From Chiloscyllium plagiosum (Eukaryota): a stretch of DNA of 51,971 nt. The position numbers and the translations under genes were made by a program. Shown piece by piece: positions 33,511 through 47,170 of this stretch. The notes beneath the pieces are model-generated. The model had not been told where the DNA came from and made no database searches. It saw only the letters and a program-made list of their open reading frames with translations. Numbering within the stretch: position 1 is the first letter of the stretch; each line of letters begins with the position of its first letter. The stretch is from positions 2,503,292-2,555,262 of the forward strand of contig NC_057757.1 of NCBI RefSeq assembly GCF_004010195.1, read 5' to 3'.

Positions 33511-36239
33511 GTTAAAGGTGTTTTTCTTTGTAGACTTCTCTACCAAGGACAAGTGATACAGAACAGAGCAGCACTCTGTCGAAGTCAGCTTGCTTGAAAA
33601 CAAAGCTTTTCACTGTATTTCGGTACACATGATTATAAATAAATTCCCATTCTGTTATCAAGGCTGCTGTGGTCATCTTTTGTATGAAGGTGTCAGTCAT
33701 ATCTGTCCCTCAGGTGCTTGGGGAAAAAAGTTACGTTAATATTTCAATGAAAAACCGGTGGGTTCTCTGTCATACGTCAGGTCAATAATTATCTGACAAA
33801 CGACATAACCAAATAAAGGATAGGATCTGTCCTGTCTTTTCCTGCTGCTCTGCCATCACTAAGTAACTGCAAGTTTTCCTTTGTAAAGATGGATTTTGTA
33901 AGCTTTTATTAAATGTTGCTGTTCTGATTAGTTTCTGAGAGAGGAGGGGGAATTTATGAAAGTACTTTGAGTTGACCAGGACACTCAGTTTCTTTTAACC
34001 TGCCGCTGGTTTAGTGTTGTCGTGTTTGAGTTGCAAAGTCTTGGTGTGTGGATTGCTGTTAGTCTGTGGTTGAGGATACATATAGCTATGGCTGCCATTA
34101 ATCCATTCCCCCAAGCTCCACACAAAAGCCTCCAGTATTAAGGGAGTTGTGAAAAGGGATGATTTAACAATATTCACAACTGTGGAGACTTTCCTGTTTA
34201 GGAGCCGTTCATTTGTTTTTTTTCTGCCACAAGGCTGACATCTTGTTTCTTTTCCTGTGAGTGGAAGGATCCAGGAAAACATCTCAAATTTCTTTTTAAC
34301 CATTTGACGTTTTCGATAGTAGACCATTTAGATGGTGCAACTGCTCAGTGAAAACACTGCTCAAAATCCTGCTGCGTCTTGGGTCCTGGTTCCCAGAAAG
34401 CCTGGGAAATCCTCTCCATAATCCAGAAAATTGCTGGACAATTCCCCCAAACCTTGTTAAAAATATTAACCGAGAGCATTTGCCTCTTTCCTGCTACTCT
34501 CTGTCTGCTTTCCCTTGGCAGTCCCATGCACCCCATCTGTGTAACCTCCATCTCTACGGACCCTCAGACCTAAGTGCCCCCCCCTGACGATCTTGAATGA
34601 GATCGAGGTTGTTCCTATTTTGGGAATACTCCCCGGCTGAGCAGCCAAAGGTTTCCGGGGTGTGGAGAATTCCAAGGATTTTCAATCCCCCCGAGTGAAG
34701 AGGTTCCTCCTCATTCCAGTCCAAAATGGCTGACCTGATCCTGAGACTGTGACCTGTGCCAGTACCAGTCAAATTCTCCAAACACTTCAGTGAGATTGGC
34801 TGTTATTCCGCTGAAACTGGCCTGTTCTATTACCCCATTCTACACAATCTCTCCACATGGGACAGTCTTCTCATTCTAGTGAACTTGGATTTCACCCTCT
34901 GTGGGGTAAGTGTCTCCTTCCTTGCATAAAGGTTTGATTTATTATTGCCACACGTACCTAGGTTCAGTGGAAAGTTTTGTTTTGCGTGCAGTGTGGGCAG
35001 ACTGTACCATACAAAGTACGTTTGAGGAACAGAACAGAGCGAGGAATACAATGTTACGGCTGTAGAGAAAGTGCACAGAAAGCAAGATCGATGTTAAATT
35101 TAAAATTTCAGAGGTCCATTCAGTAGCCTCACAACAGTGGGGAAGAAACTGATCTTGAATCTGCTGGTCGGTGTGTTTAAGCTTTTGTATCTTCAGCCTA
35201 ACCGAAGAGGTGGAAGAGATTATAACTGGGGTGAGAGGGGTCTTTGATGTTGGCTGCCTTCCCAAGGCAACGCGCAAGTGTCGATGGAGTCAGTGGATGG
35301 ACGGTTGCGTAATGGATTAGGCTGTGTTCACAACTCTGTGTTGTATCTTCCTGTTCTGGGCAGAGCTGATGCCATACCACACCTGGATAGGATGCTTTCT
35401 AGGGTGCATCTGTAAACATTTATGGACGTGCTGAATCTCCTTAACCTCCTGCTGAAGTAGAGGGATTGTTGTGGAATTGTATTACTGGAGTGGGAGGGTT
35501 CTTTGATTAAAGAGGCCATTGCCCTACACAGTTCCTCAGGTATGGTCTCCCCCGCCCCCCGGGATGGGAGGCTAGGGTGAGTGAAGTGGGAGCAAGTCGA
35601 GTCAACAGTTCGGGAATTAGGACTTGCCCATTTGAGCCTAAGGTGAGAATTTTGGTTTTCTCTCTCTGAAGATCGTAGTGTATTAGAAGCTCTTCCCCCA
35701 GAGAGAAGTGGAGGGTTACTTAGTTGAATATTGAGTTACATTGAGGGAAAGTATTATTGCAAGACTGTTAATCCAGAGACCCAGATGATATTCTGGGCAC
35801 ACGTGTTCAATTCCCGCCAAGGCAGATGGTGGAATTTGGACTCGGTAACATCTGGAATTAAGAGTCTCATGTGGATCATGAATCCATTGCTGATTGTTGG
35901 AAAAAACCCACCTGGGTCACTAATGTCCTTTCGGGAAGGAAACTGCCACCCTTACCTGGTCTGGCCTACACCTGACTCCAGACTCTCAGCAATGCTGTTG
36001 ACTCTCAACTGCCTCTTGGGCAATTAGGGATGGGCCATAAATGCTAGACCTAGCCAGCGCTGCCCTCATCCTATGAATGAATAAAAATAAATATATTGGA
36101 GGGAGAGAGTGGTTAGGCCTAACCCTATCGAAGGTGGGAAAGTGGCATTGAGCCCATAATCTTATCAAGTAGTGGAGCAGGCTTGAAGGGCTGAATGGCC
36201 TACTCCCTTTTATCTATCTACATTCCTGATTTTGTTTGT

Positions 36240-36475
36240 CATTCCCGCCTCAGGTGACTCTCTGTGTGGCGTTTGCACATTCTCCCTGTGTCTGCGTGGG
36301 CTTCATCCCACAATCCAAAGATGTGCAGGTTAGGTGAATTGGCCAGGCTAAATTGCCCGTAGTGTTAGGTGAAGGGGTAAATGTAGGGGAATGGATCTGG
36401 GTGGGTTGCGCTTCGGCGGGTCGGTGTGGACTTGGTGGGCCGAAGGGCCTGTTTCCACTCTAAGTAATCTAATCA
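36240..36475 (+). mobile_element. 5'-truncated HE1/V-SINE
   Basis: attcccgcctcaggtgact..V-domain..gggccgaagggcctgtttccactctaagtaatctaatc. Confidence 0.9.
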
Positions 36476-39018
36476 ACCGTTAGCACTTAAATGCCAGTTA
36501 TTCACCTCTATCTTGTGGCCAAAGTAGATGACGTTTCTCATTTGACCTTGTCTAAGGTAGAGCTTTGAGTAGTGCTGAGTAAGTGGTGACTTACTGGAAT
36601 AAATCACCGAGAGCATTAGCCCTATAACTCACTTGTGTTGCAGAAAATGGTTAGGTTCTTTGACCTGACTTTGGAAAGGTTCATTTTCCAATAATGTCCT
36701 GTGTCTCATATTCTGTAATTAAACACAGCCTGACTCCAGGTGCACAGGGTAGCTTACTACTGCAGAGCACTTTGAATCTAAAATATTTACACCCCTTAAT
36801 ATTTCATGCTGGAGCAGGACATATTCATCACTCCCAACTAATTTGCAATTCCACTTAATCCTTTTAGTGCTCAGAGCTGCTGGTGTTGACAGGCATCTTT
36901 TCTTCATTCATTTAGGGGTGAGGATATTGCTGGCTGGGCCCAGCATTTATTGTCCATTCCTAATTGCTCAGAGAGCAGTTAAGAGTCAACCACATTGCTG
37001 TGGGTCTGGAGTCACATGTAGGCCAGAGCAGGTCAGGATTTGGGTCAAACGCAGACAAGTGAAACCAGTTCAGTTTGGGAAACCTGGCTGGCATGGACGA
37101 GTTGGGCCGAAGGGTCTGTTTCCTTGCAGTATGACTCTATGACCTAATCATAAGATGAAAGATGACATGGCGCACAGACCGATGGGCTGAACGGCCCGTT
37201 TTTGTGCTGTGCATCTTGAGTAATGTCATCCGATGCAAACCCACAGAACAAGAAATGCTAAAGGATGTTAATGACTGGATGGGTTTTTCCCAACAATCGA
37301 ATCGGGCTCATTATTTAGACTCTTAATTCCAAATTGTTGTTGGATTCAAATTCCACCATCTGTTTTGGCGAGATTTGAACCTGGGTCCACAAACATTACC
37401 TGGGCCTCTGGAGAAATAATGCAGTGAAAATACCACTAGACCACCACTGCCTCATATGCAACACTGAGGGAGGCCATTTGGCCCATCATGTCTGAAATAG
37501 CTCTTTGTCAGAGCTGTTCAGTTAGTATCAAGCCACTCCTGCTCCTGCCCCAGGTATTTTTCCAAGTTCCCGTGTGGAATCTGCCTCCACCGTTATTTCA
37601 GGCAGTGCCTTCCACATCTCACCAACCTGTTATTGTTTGTTGAATAAATAACCTTTAATGATCTTTTGAAGTGTTCAAAAGAGGCACTTGAATGGAGACT
37701 CTCACTGATGACTGATACTGTTGTGCAGTTTTCAGCGTTGCTGTGATTTTATAAATCGAGGTTCAGACAATGCTTCAAGCACACAGCAGCTGAATAGAAT
37801 ATCCTGTTCAGTATTCACTGTGGGGGGGCGGGGTGCCGGAGTAAGTTGGAACAACCAATTGTTGCTTCTGCTTCTGAGCCAGGCCCAACATTTCTTGTTC
37901 CGTGGCTTTGCATCAGATTGCCTTACACAGGGTATACAGTCCAGAAACAGGCAGTACCATCTGTCTGTGCTGGTGTCTGTACTCCGTGTCCTCTTTCACC
38001 TTATTACTACGTCATACAGCATGGAAGCAGACCCTTCGGCCCAACTCGTCCATGCCAACCTGGTTTCCCACATTGAGCTAGACCCACTTGCCTGCGTTTG
38101 GTCGATATCCCTCTAAACCTTTCCTATCCAGGTGCCTTTTAAATGTGGTAACTGTACCCACCCCCGCAACTTCCTCTGGCAGCTCATTCCATCCACCACC
38201 ACCCTCTATGTGAAAAAGTTACCCCTCAGGTCCTTTCTTAATCTTTCCCCTCTCCCCTCTAGTTTTGCACTCCCTTACCCCGGGGGAAAGACCTTGACTA
38301 TTCACCTTATCTACTCCCTTCTAGTTCTTTCTGCTGTGTGTAGTTATCCAGCTTCCCCTCCAATATGTCTGTGCTCTCCACCCCAACTGCTCACTATGGT
38401 GAGAGTTCCACTTCCTCAGCACCACTTGGGTAAACAGGGTTCTCCTGGGGGATTTATTAGTGACTCTTTTCCATTTATGGATTCGTTGTTATAACCTCTC
38501 ATTTTTGGCATCATCCCTGTAAATCTTTCCACCTGACATTGATTTGATTTCTTACTGTCACGTGTACCGAGGTACTGTGAAAAGTGTTGCCTTGTGTGCT
38601 GGAGAGACCGATCGTACCGTACAAAAGTCATCAGGGTGGCAGAATGTTATAGCTGCAGAGAGAGAGATCAGAACTAACGTTAAAGAGGTCCATTCAAAAG
38701 TCTGATAACAATGGGGAAGAAGCTGTTCTTGAATCTGATGGCACATGTATGCAAACTTTTGTATCTTCTGCCTGACAGAAGACAGCATAAGCCGGCTGGG
38801 AGGGGTCTTTGATGATGTGCTTTCCCGAGGCAATGGCAATTGGGCTTGCAGTAGATACAGTTGGCTCTGTCCAAGTCATAGCACTGACCAGGCCCCCTTC
38901 ACTGCAATGCCCTGAATCTGTCGATTGCCATCTGTTGGACTCCAATTTGGCCTTTTAAGTCTACTTTTATTAGTTACGGTTGGTTGACAATGCCTTGATG
39001 CCGTCCACCAAGATTTTG

Positions 39019-39321
39019 ATTTTGAGGTGCCGGTGTTGGACTGGGGTGTATAAAATTAAAAATCACCCAACACCAGGTTGTAGTCCACCAGGTTTATTCT
39101 GAAATCAACATGGTCATTCTAAAAGATGAGAGACTTAACAAACAATCAATATATTGATCTTACAATATATAATTTCCGTTACATCACACTGTAAACTCTT
39201 GCTAGAAATCCTGTGCCTTATGATTTTATTCTCCACAACCGCCTGATGAAGGAGCGTCTCTCCGAAAGCTAGTGCTTCCAAATAAACCTGTTGGACTATA
39301 AGCTGGTGTTGGGTGATTTTT
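39019..39321. mobile_element. Family B Penelope-like insertion with an intact + strand hammerhead motif (39240-39274)
   Basis: TSD accaaga[t/g]tttg at 39007-39018 and 39322-39333; cgc-CTGATGA-A-GGAG-cgtct-CTCC-GAAAGCTA-gtg; inverted terminal segment. Confidence 0.82.
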
Positions 39322-40672
39322 ACCAAGAGTTTGGTCACCTTTCCAGAACGTCTCCTCGTGTGGCTCAGTGTCCAGCCTCGTTTGGTAATCGCTCCCACAA
39401 AGAGCCACGAGAAGATCTTCCTTTGTTGAAAGGCACTACATAAATGTAGAGTGTCGGCTGAATGGCTGGTTTGCCACACCAATAGCGTGGGTCCGATTCC
39501 CGCGCCTGCTCAGGTTACTGTGACGGTCCTGACTTCTCACCCTGTCCCATCGCCATGAACCCTCAGGTTAAACCACCACCTTAAAGAGAGAGCAGCCTCT
39601 GGTCCTCTGCAGGAGGGAGGGGGTACAATGATGGCTTTCCCTTTCTTAGATTAGATTCCCGACAGTGTGGAAACGGACCCCTTGGCCCAACAAGACTGGG
39701 GTGACTGACAATACCAGCCTTTCCCACGGGCAATAAGTGGGCAAATTCCAAATTCTGGTTTCATTAAGGACAAGGTCTACTTTTCAATCTGTTTTGCTGA
39801 TTCCCTTAAGAATATACATTTCAGGCACCAATCATCCAAACCCTTTGCATCAATATTGTTGGATGTTAGCGGACAGCACATTGGCAGCTGCAATTCAGAT
39901 CCTCAGTTGCACCTTTACAAATCACAGCTAAGCTGGAACCACAAACCTATTATGTTGGGATTACTGCTTTTAATCTGCTGCAAAACGTTACTTCAAGTTT
40001 CTGATTTACTTTTAGAGCATTGGCAGCCATTTTACTGCTTGGGGTTACGGAATTATCGGCGGGTTAGGGTGCGGAAGGGTTGGAGAGTTACGACGTGGAA
40101 AGATTGAAGAGTTGGGGTGGGGGGCAGGTGGCTCCGAGAGTCAGGGCGGGGGAAGGTCGGGGAGCCGAGAGGGTGGGAACGTCAGTGAGCCGGGGCGCAT
40201 CCAGGCAAGTGGGGAGTATCCGCTCGCATTCCTGACCTGTGGGACAGGCTTCGGGGAGTTACTTGCTGCAGGATTCCCAGCCTCTGACCTGCTCTTGTGG
40301 CTGCTGTGTTTATGTGGTTAGTCCAGTTGAGTTTCTGGTCAACAGTGACCCTCAGGATGTGGTGGGGGTGGGGGTTTCAGTGATGGTAACGCCATTGAAT
40401 GTCAAGAGGCGGTGGTTATTGTCTTATCAGCGATGGTCATAGCCTGGCATTTGTGTTCCTCAAAGAGCATTCAAAAGGAAGAGCTGGTGATGGGGGGGGG
40501 GGTGGAGGTTGGAGTGCCTTATGGAGCAATAGCTTGAGCCTGGGGCCTAGTTGGTGGTAGGCCCAGGCTCCCTGTGGTAGAGCACTTAAAATTAGAGCAA
40601 GGGATCACAGAGGACCAGTGGAGAAGGGTACCTCATGCAGGAGGGGCTTGAAATTGAAGTGGACTGCATGGG

Positions 40673-40799
40673 GAATGAAGGGCTTTTGCCCGAAACCTCG
40701 ATTTTCCTGCTCCTCGGATGCTGCCTGACCTGCTGTGCTTTTCCAGCACCAATCTAATCTAGACTCTGCTTTCCAGCATTTGCAGTCCTTGTTTTTACC
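40673..40799 (+). mobile_element. Family A tail insertion truncated within the hammerhead core
   Basis: TSD ctgcatggg at 40664-40672 and 40800-40808; atgaagggcttttgcccgaaac. Confidence 0.8.
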
Positions 40800-42009
40800 C
40801 TGCATGGGATATGGCAACATGTGGGCAGGAGCTGGTGCACACTGGAAGGCTGTAGTGGTGCTGAGTGAAGTCTGGGTGCAAACAGATATTTTACTGCCTG
40901 CTTTTGATTGACTGCTCAGCTCCACACTTGGATGGGCAAGGTCACTTACTGAGACCAGAGTGAGGTAATATCATGCAGCTTTGAGAACCCTTGTGGTGCG
41001 GTGGTAGTGTCTCTACCCTGGACCAGGAGCCCAATAGGGTCAAGTCCCATCCACTCCAGAGCTGTCTCTGAGCAGATTGGTTCAAAAATATCGACATTGC
41101 AGCTTTGCCTACCAGTGGGTCAGATAGCGAGCAGGAGCAATCCGAATCCCGAACCAGTTCCCAGCCTGTCATTAGGCATCAGTTTATTCTAATGCTCAGA
41201 CTGAGGTTCTGAACAAAGTGGGATTATCAAACTCGAGAAAGTGACGTGGGAAGCGTTTGAAATTGTAAATGAGCATTTGAAGTGTTGAGTCACGTCTCTA
41301 CAGCAGCTTGTCCATGTGACTGATTACTTGATCTTCCAATGTGACATGTAACATTTGTCACGAAGCTGTGTAATGTATGTACTTGAAATAGACAATGGAA
41401 ATGATCCCAGTGGAATGTTGAGTGTGTTCCACTTAGTTTAATAATGATCTTGGACAGCAGTGATGTTGGAGTGTAATCTATTGGCACTCCATTTTGCAGA
41501 AACTTAACGCTCATTAACTGAAGCTGTTCCTGCAGCAGAGAGCGTTCTTTGTGTAATTTATTTTGGTGCAGAATTGGTGCTGCATTTACTTCTGCAAACC
41601 AAATGACGACAGTATTTCTCTCCTCTCCCCTCCCCCACCTCTCGGTGTGAAGATGGACAGTGTTATCCTGTTGAAAGGAATCGGATAATAAATCTTTGCC
41701 CATCTCATCTGCCGAGGGAGAGGCTTGCATAACTGTCCTGCATTTTGATTCAGTGGAGAACTACATTTGAAGTCTATTATTTACACGCATGTCAATGTGT
41801 TTCCGATTGGCTGTGCCAGCTCTGTTTTGTGTTGTGGAGTATGCCCGGTGTTGGTGTCCTTCCGTTTAAATGATCTAAAGACTTAGTTCCTTGACAGTCC
41901 TTGCACAGGTCCAGGGGCTATGTCTGACAGCACCCCCAGAGCTGCTGGCGCTGTTGGAATTTCTGTAGGATTCCAGTTGAATTTCTCAGAAGGGAAAATT
42001 GAACTAATT

Positions 42010-42630
42010 GGGCGGCACAGTCGCTCGGTGGTTAGCAGGGCTGCCTCACAGCACCAGGGACCCAGACTCGATTCCACCCCCGGGCAACTGTCTGTGTGGA
42101 GTTTGCACACACTCCCCGTGTCTGAGTGGGTTTCCTCCAGGTGCTCTGCTTTCCTCCCACAGTCCAAAGATGTGCAGGTTAGGGTGGATTGGCCGTACTA
42201 AATTGTCCCATAGTGCCCAGGGATGTGCAGGTTAGGGTGGATTGGCCATGCTAAATTGTCCCATAGTGCCCAGGGATGTGCAGGTTAGGGTGGATTGGCT
42301 GTGCTAAATTGTCCCATAGTGCCCAGGGATGTGCAGGTTAGGAGGAGATTGGCCGTGCTAAATTGTCCCATAGTGCCCAGGGATGTGCAGGTTAGGAGGA
42401 GATTGGCCGTGCTAAATTGTCCCATAGTGACCAAAAATGTGCAGATTAGGCAGGTTGATCATGCTAAATTGTCCCTTGTGTCCGAGGATATGAAGGCTAG
42501 GTAGGTTAACCATGATAAATGTAGGTTTCAGTCTTAGGATGGAGTTGTGTGTCTGGGTGGAGTGCTTTTCATAGGATCATTGCAGACTTGATGGGATGAA
42601 TGACCTCTTTCCACTCTGTAGGGATTCTGA
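42010..42630 (+). mobile_element. HE1/V-SINE with an internal 53-bp array (~42170-42500)
   Basis: Head gggcggcacagtcgctcggtggttagc; 5-6 units; tail ccactctgtagggattct. Confidence 0.9.
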
Positions 42631-44306
42631 GTTACTTCCAGTTTTCAGTAGGTCTCCATAACGAGGAGCAGAGATCGACCATTTGGTCGTCCGGTGATGT
42701 GTGAACGAAGCAAGGGTAATGTGAGAGAGAAGGGAGTTTGGGAGGGTGAAGGATGGGGGTCGGGAGAGAAGAGAAAAAGACGGAAGGAGGGAATCAGGAG
42801 AGTGGAAAACAGTGAAGCTTGAGAAAGGGGAAAAGCAACAAATTAACATTTAATCTTTTTAACATATCGTCACAGCCAATTCCTTATTCATCTGTCTCGT
42901 CGAAAAAGAGCAGCAGGGTAGGAGAGATTAAACTGCTGGCAAGAGAAACAGCCATTCAGCTTTCACCTCGTGAGTAGTTAGGGCCAGGAATACACTGCCT
43001 GGAAATGTGTTGGAGGCAGGTTCCATTGAGGCGTTCGAGAGCTTACTCAGATAGTAACGGTGTGCAGGGAAATGGGGAAAAGGCAGGGGACTGGCAGTAG
43101 ATAGTAGAGTGGGTGCAGGCATGATGGGTTGAATGGTCTCCCCCTGCACCACGATAATTCTGAGAACATCTGTGCAAATCGAGTCAGTCACGCAGCAAAG
43201 GTGGGACCAGACGTGGGCGACGTCAGTCTCCATGGACTGAAAACCTTTTGGTTGTGCCCACTCAGTCGTGATTCTTTGGAGCATTCTGCGCTGGCCCGTT
43301 TTTACACAGGCATTGCATTTTGTTCACCCCGTCACTCGGCATCTCAACCCCTTGGGAAGAGGTTGTGCACGTTCCTGAGACCGGTGCAGAAATGCCGTGC
43401 TGCAGCCCTTTTGTTTTTAAGAACCAGGTTAATGCGGTGTTGTACAGCATGTCTCTCCTCAGTCCTTAGGACTAAACCCAAGAGAGTGCGAAAGAGATTT
43501 TTCCACTTGAAAGTGCTTGCAGAGACAATGCAGAGCTCAGATCACTTTAAATAGTCAATTTACGAAAGGCTTGACCTTCACAGTCTTTGTTTTTGAGAAG
43601 ATTAATCTTCCCAGACAGATCCCATCACGGTGGTGCTGAGACGGTCGTACATCAAGAGCCATCCACTGGTGGCAATCTATAATAATTACTGTTTTGCAAT
43701 CTTGCGTTCTTTAAATTGCTGTGTATGTTCGGAAGCAGCCTGATGCAAGTTCTTGTTAATAACTGTGTGGGCTTCAGTTACCAGCTGCCTGCCTGATGGC
43801 TGTCGTGACCCTGGTACTGTGTTACCCCCTCAGTCTGGGGTTACCCTCTGCCTCAGACATGACAGAGCAAAGCATTAGGATTTTGTTTCACGCTGACCAG
43901 CCGCTGTTCTTGCCAGCCTTACACTTTCCCTATCCTGCAGCTCTTTTCTGACTAGACAGCGAGATAACGAAGTGGCTGTGATGATATGTTTAACAAATGT
44001 TGATTTGTTTGTTTTCCTTCTGAAGCTTTCAGTCTCCTGTCTTTCCTGCTCCTTCACTCCTCCTTTGGGGTTTCTTTCTCTCTGTGCCTCCCTTCATTCC
44101 CCCTCCTTCCCCCCTCCTTCNNNNNNNNNNNNNNNNNNNNNNNNNNNNNNNNNNNNNNNNNNNNNNNNNNNNNNNNNNNNNNNNNNNNNNNNNNNNNNNN
44201 NNNNNNNNNNNNNNNNNNNNNNNNNNNNNNNNNNNNNNNNNNNNNNNNNNNNNNNNNNNNNNNNNNNNNNNNNNNNNNNNNNNNNNNNNNNNNNNNNNNN
44301 NNNNNN

Positions 44307-44695
44307 TGTGGTTCTGTTCGCCGAGCTGGGAGTTTTTGTTGCAAACGTTTCGTCCCTTGGCTAGGCGACATCATCAGTGCTTGGGAGCCTGCTGCGAAGC
44401 GCTTCTTTGATGTTTCCTCCGGTGTTTATAGTGGTTTGTCCCTGCCGCTTCCGGTTGTCAGTTTCAGCTGTCCGCTGTAGTGGTTGGTATATTGGGTCCA
44501 GGTCTATGTGTTTGTTGATGGAGTTTGTGGATGAATGCCATGCCTCTAGGAATTCTCTGGCTGTTCTCTTTCTGGCTTGCCCTATGATAGTAGTGTTGTC
44601 CCAGTCGAATTCATGTTGCTTGTTGTCTGCGTGTGTGGCTACTAAGGATAGCTGGTCGTGTCGTTTCGTGGCTAGCTGATGTTCATGTATGCAGA
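44307..44695 (-). mobile_element. Penelope-like element 3' end (GIY-YIG C-terminal half) with a hammerhead motif
   Basis: IHEHQLATKRHDQLSLVATHADNKQHEFDWDNTTIIGQARKRTAREFLEAWHS; GCA-CTGATGA-T-GTCGCC-tagccaa-GGGAC-GAAACGTT-TGC at 44341-44380 (minus). Confidence 0.88.
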
Positions 44696-44709
44696 TCAAC
44701 ATACATGTT

Positions 44710-47170
44710 GATCCCTAAACGTTGTAACTGTACCTGCATCCACCACTTCCTCAGGAAGTTTGTTCCACACACGAACCACCTGTGGCTACTAAGGATAGCT
44801 GGTCGTATCGTTTCGTGGCTAGTTGATGTTCATGTATGCGGATCAACATACATGTTGATTCCTAAACGTTGTAACTGTACCTGCATCCACCACTTCCTCA
44901 GGAAGTTTGTTCCACACACGAACCACCCCCATGTAAAATAAATATAGCCCCTCGTGTCTTTTTTTAAATCTCTCCCTTCTCACCTTAAAAATATACCCTG
45001 AATCTTGAAATCCCACACCCTAGGGAAAAGACACCTGCCATTTAGCTTATCTATACCCCTCATGGTTTTATTTTATTTGGTTTAAAAAAAACAGAAAGAT
45101 CAGAGCAGGAGTCGGCCATTTTGAGCTTGCTCTGCCGTTCCGTGAGACCATGGGTGAACTTCTAACACAGTACATTGTTCGAGCTTCCTCCCTGTATCCT
45201 TTCGCCCTAAGAACTATATTTATCACCACCTTGAAAGCATTCCATGGTTTGGTCTCCACTTCCTGTGGCAGAGGATTCCACAGGCTCCCCACTCTCTGGA
45301 TGAAGGCATTTCATCCCCTCTGACGCCTGCTTCTGCACTTCCCGGTTATCAGGAACATCCTGCATTTAACCTATCTAGCCCTGTTAGAACGTTATAGGTT
45401 TCTATGAGAACTCCCTCGGTTTTCTGAACCCCGGTGAATATAGTCCGAACCGATCCAGTCTCTCGTCCTGTGTCAGTCCTGCCATCCCAGGAATCAGTCT
45501 GCGAAACCTTCGCTGCATTCCTTCCCTTGCCAGAGCATCCTCCTTCAGATAACTGCTCCCAGTATTCCACGTTGGATCTCACTAAGGTCCAGTACAATAG
45601 CAGCACGATATCCCTGCTCCAATATGCAAATCCTCTTGCTACGAAGGCTACCATAAAGTATACCACTTTCAGTGGCTGCTGTACAAAGGTCTTGTTGCAC
45701 CTTCCTGTTTCTCAGTCACGTAAGAATCTGCCTTCCTGTTTTTTGCTACCAAAGTGGATAACCTCACATTTTGTTTGGTGGACAGATTCACAAGGCCGGC
45801 AGTGTGCCGGGCTTCCCCTGAGAGAGCCCTATTTCCGCAGGTGCTTTCGATTTGCCTTGCTTTGCAGGCCTCAAGGGGAATTCATTCATCGGCACAGAAC
45901 AGTGAATGCCGATGGACAGATTAACCCCAGGAGCCAGCGCCACGTATAATGTGGGACAACATCTCGAAGCCTCCCCAACTTACTTTGCCTGGTTATCGGT
46001 CAGTTCATGAAACCTCCGGCCTCTCGATATTGTAGCGAGGCCAAAACTGCTGTAATGTTGCGAGGAAGTGGGACAGGTCAGAAAAGAAAGCACGCTGTAG
46101 GTGTGGAGACTTTAGGTAATTGATAAACTTCTCCCTGCCTCCAATTGGCCCTGTGTTTTGGGGGATAAGTGTAAGGGAGATGTGCGTGGAAAGTTCTTTA
46201 CGCAGAGGGTGGTGGGTGCCTGGAATGCGTTGCCAGCAGAGTTGGTAGGGGCAGGCACAATAGCGTCATGTATCTAGACAGATACCTGTATAGGCAGGGA
46301 ACAGAGGGATACAGATCCTTAGAAAATAGGCAGCAGGTTTAGATAGAGGATTTGGATCGGCACAGGCTTGGAGGGCTGAAGGGCCTGTTCCTGTGCTGGA
46401 ATCTTCTTTGTGCTTTGTGGTTTCCCTAATTTGTACACTTTTGGAAAGGCTGTAATGGGATCCTTTTTGAGAGCACATATAAATCAGAGAGACCGAGGGA
46501 TTCAGGTACATAATTCTTGGATGTTTGTGTCACATGTAGAGAGGGTGGTTAAGAGGACATTGAGCACGCTTGCCTTCGTTGCTCAGCCCTTTGCATATAG
46601 GAGGTGGGATGTCATGTTGAGGTTGTACAGGACATTGGTGAGGCCTCTTCTGGAGAACTGTCTCCAGTTCTGGTCGCCCTGTTAAAAGAAAGACAATATT
46701 AAACCGGAGAGGGTTCAGAAAAGATTTACCAGGATGTCACTGGGACTGGAGTGTTTGAGATATAAAATTGGACTGGAAAGACTGGAAACTTGTTCACTGG
46801 AGCATAGGAGGTTGAGGGATGACTTGATAAAGTCATGAGAGGCGCAGATAAGATGAATAACAAAAGTCTTTTCCCTAGGGTGGAAAGTTCAAAACTGAGT
46901 GGCCTATTTTTAAGGTGAGAGGAGAAAGATTTAAAAAGGACGTGAGGGGTGACTGTTTTTTACACAGCGAGAGGTTTGTATGTAGACTGAACCGTCGGAG
47001 AAAGTGGTGGATGTGGGGACAGTTGCAACGTTTAAAAGACATTTGAATAGGGAAGGTTCGGAGGGAGATGGGCCAGGAGCAGGCAGGTGCGCCTAGTTTA
47101 GTTTGGGATTATGGTCGGCACAGACTGGTTGGGCCGAAGGGTCTGTGTTTCCGTGCTGTGTTACTCTAAA
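44710..47170. mobile_element. Cluster of decayed CR1-clade LINE fragments (- ~44710-45770; + ~46160-46410 and ~46460-47170)
   Basis: RT C-terminal motifs such as RWDVMLRLYRTLVRPLLENCLQFWSPC and SLWNPLPQEV. Confidence 0.8.

Noticed and set aside
41290..41730. 146-aa minus-strand ORF / possible nested exon in unique sequence
   Set aside because: No recognisable homology, weak splice signals and no partner exons
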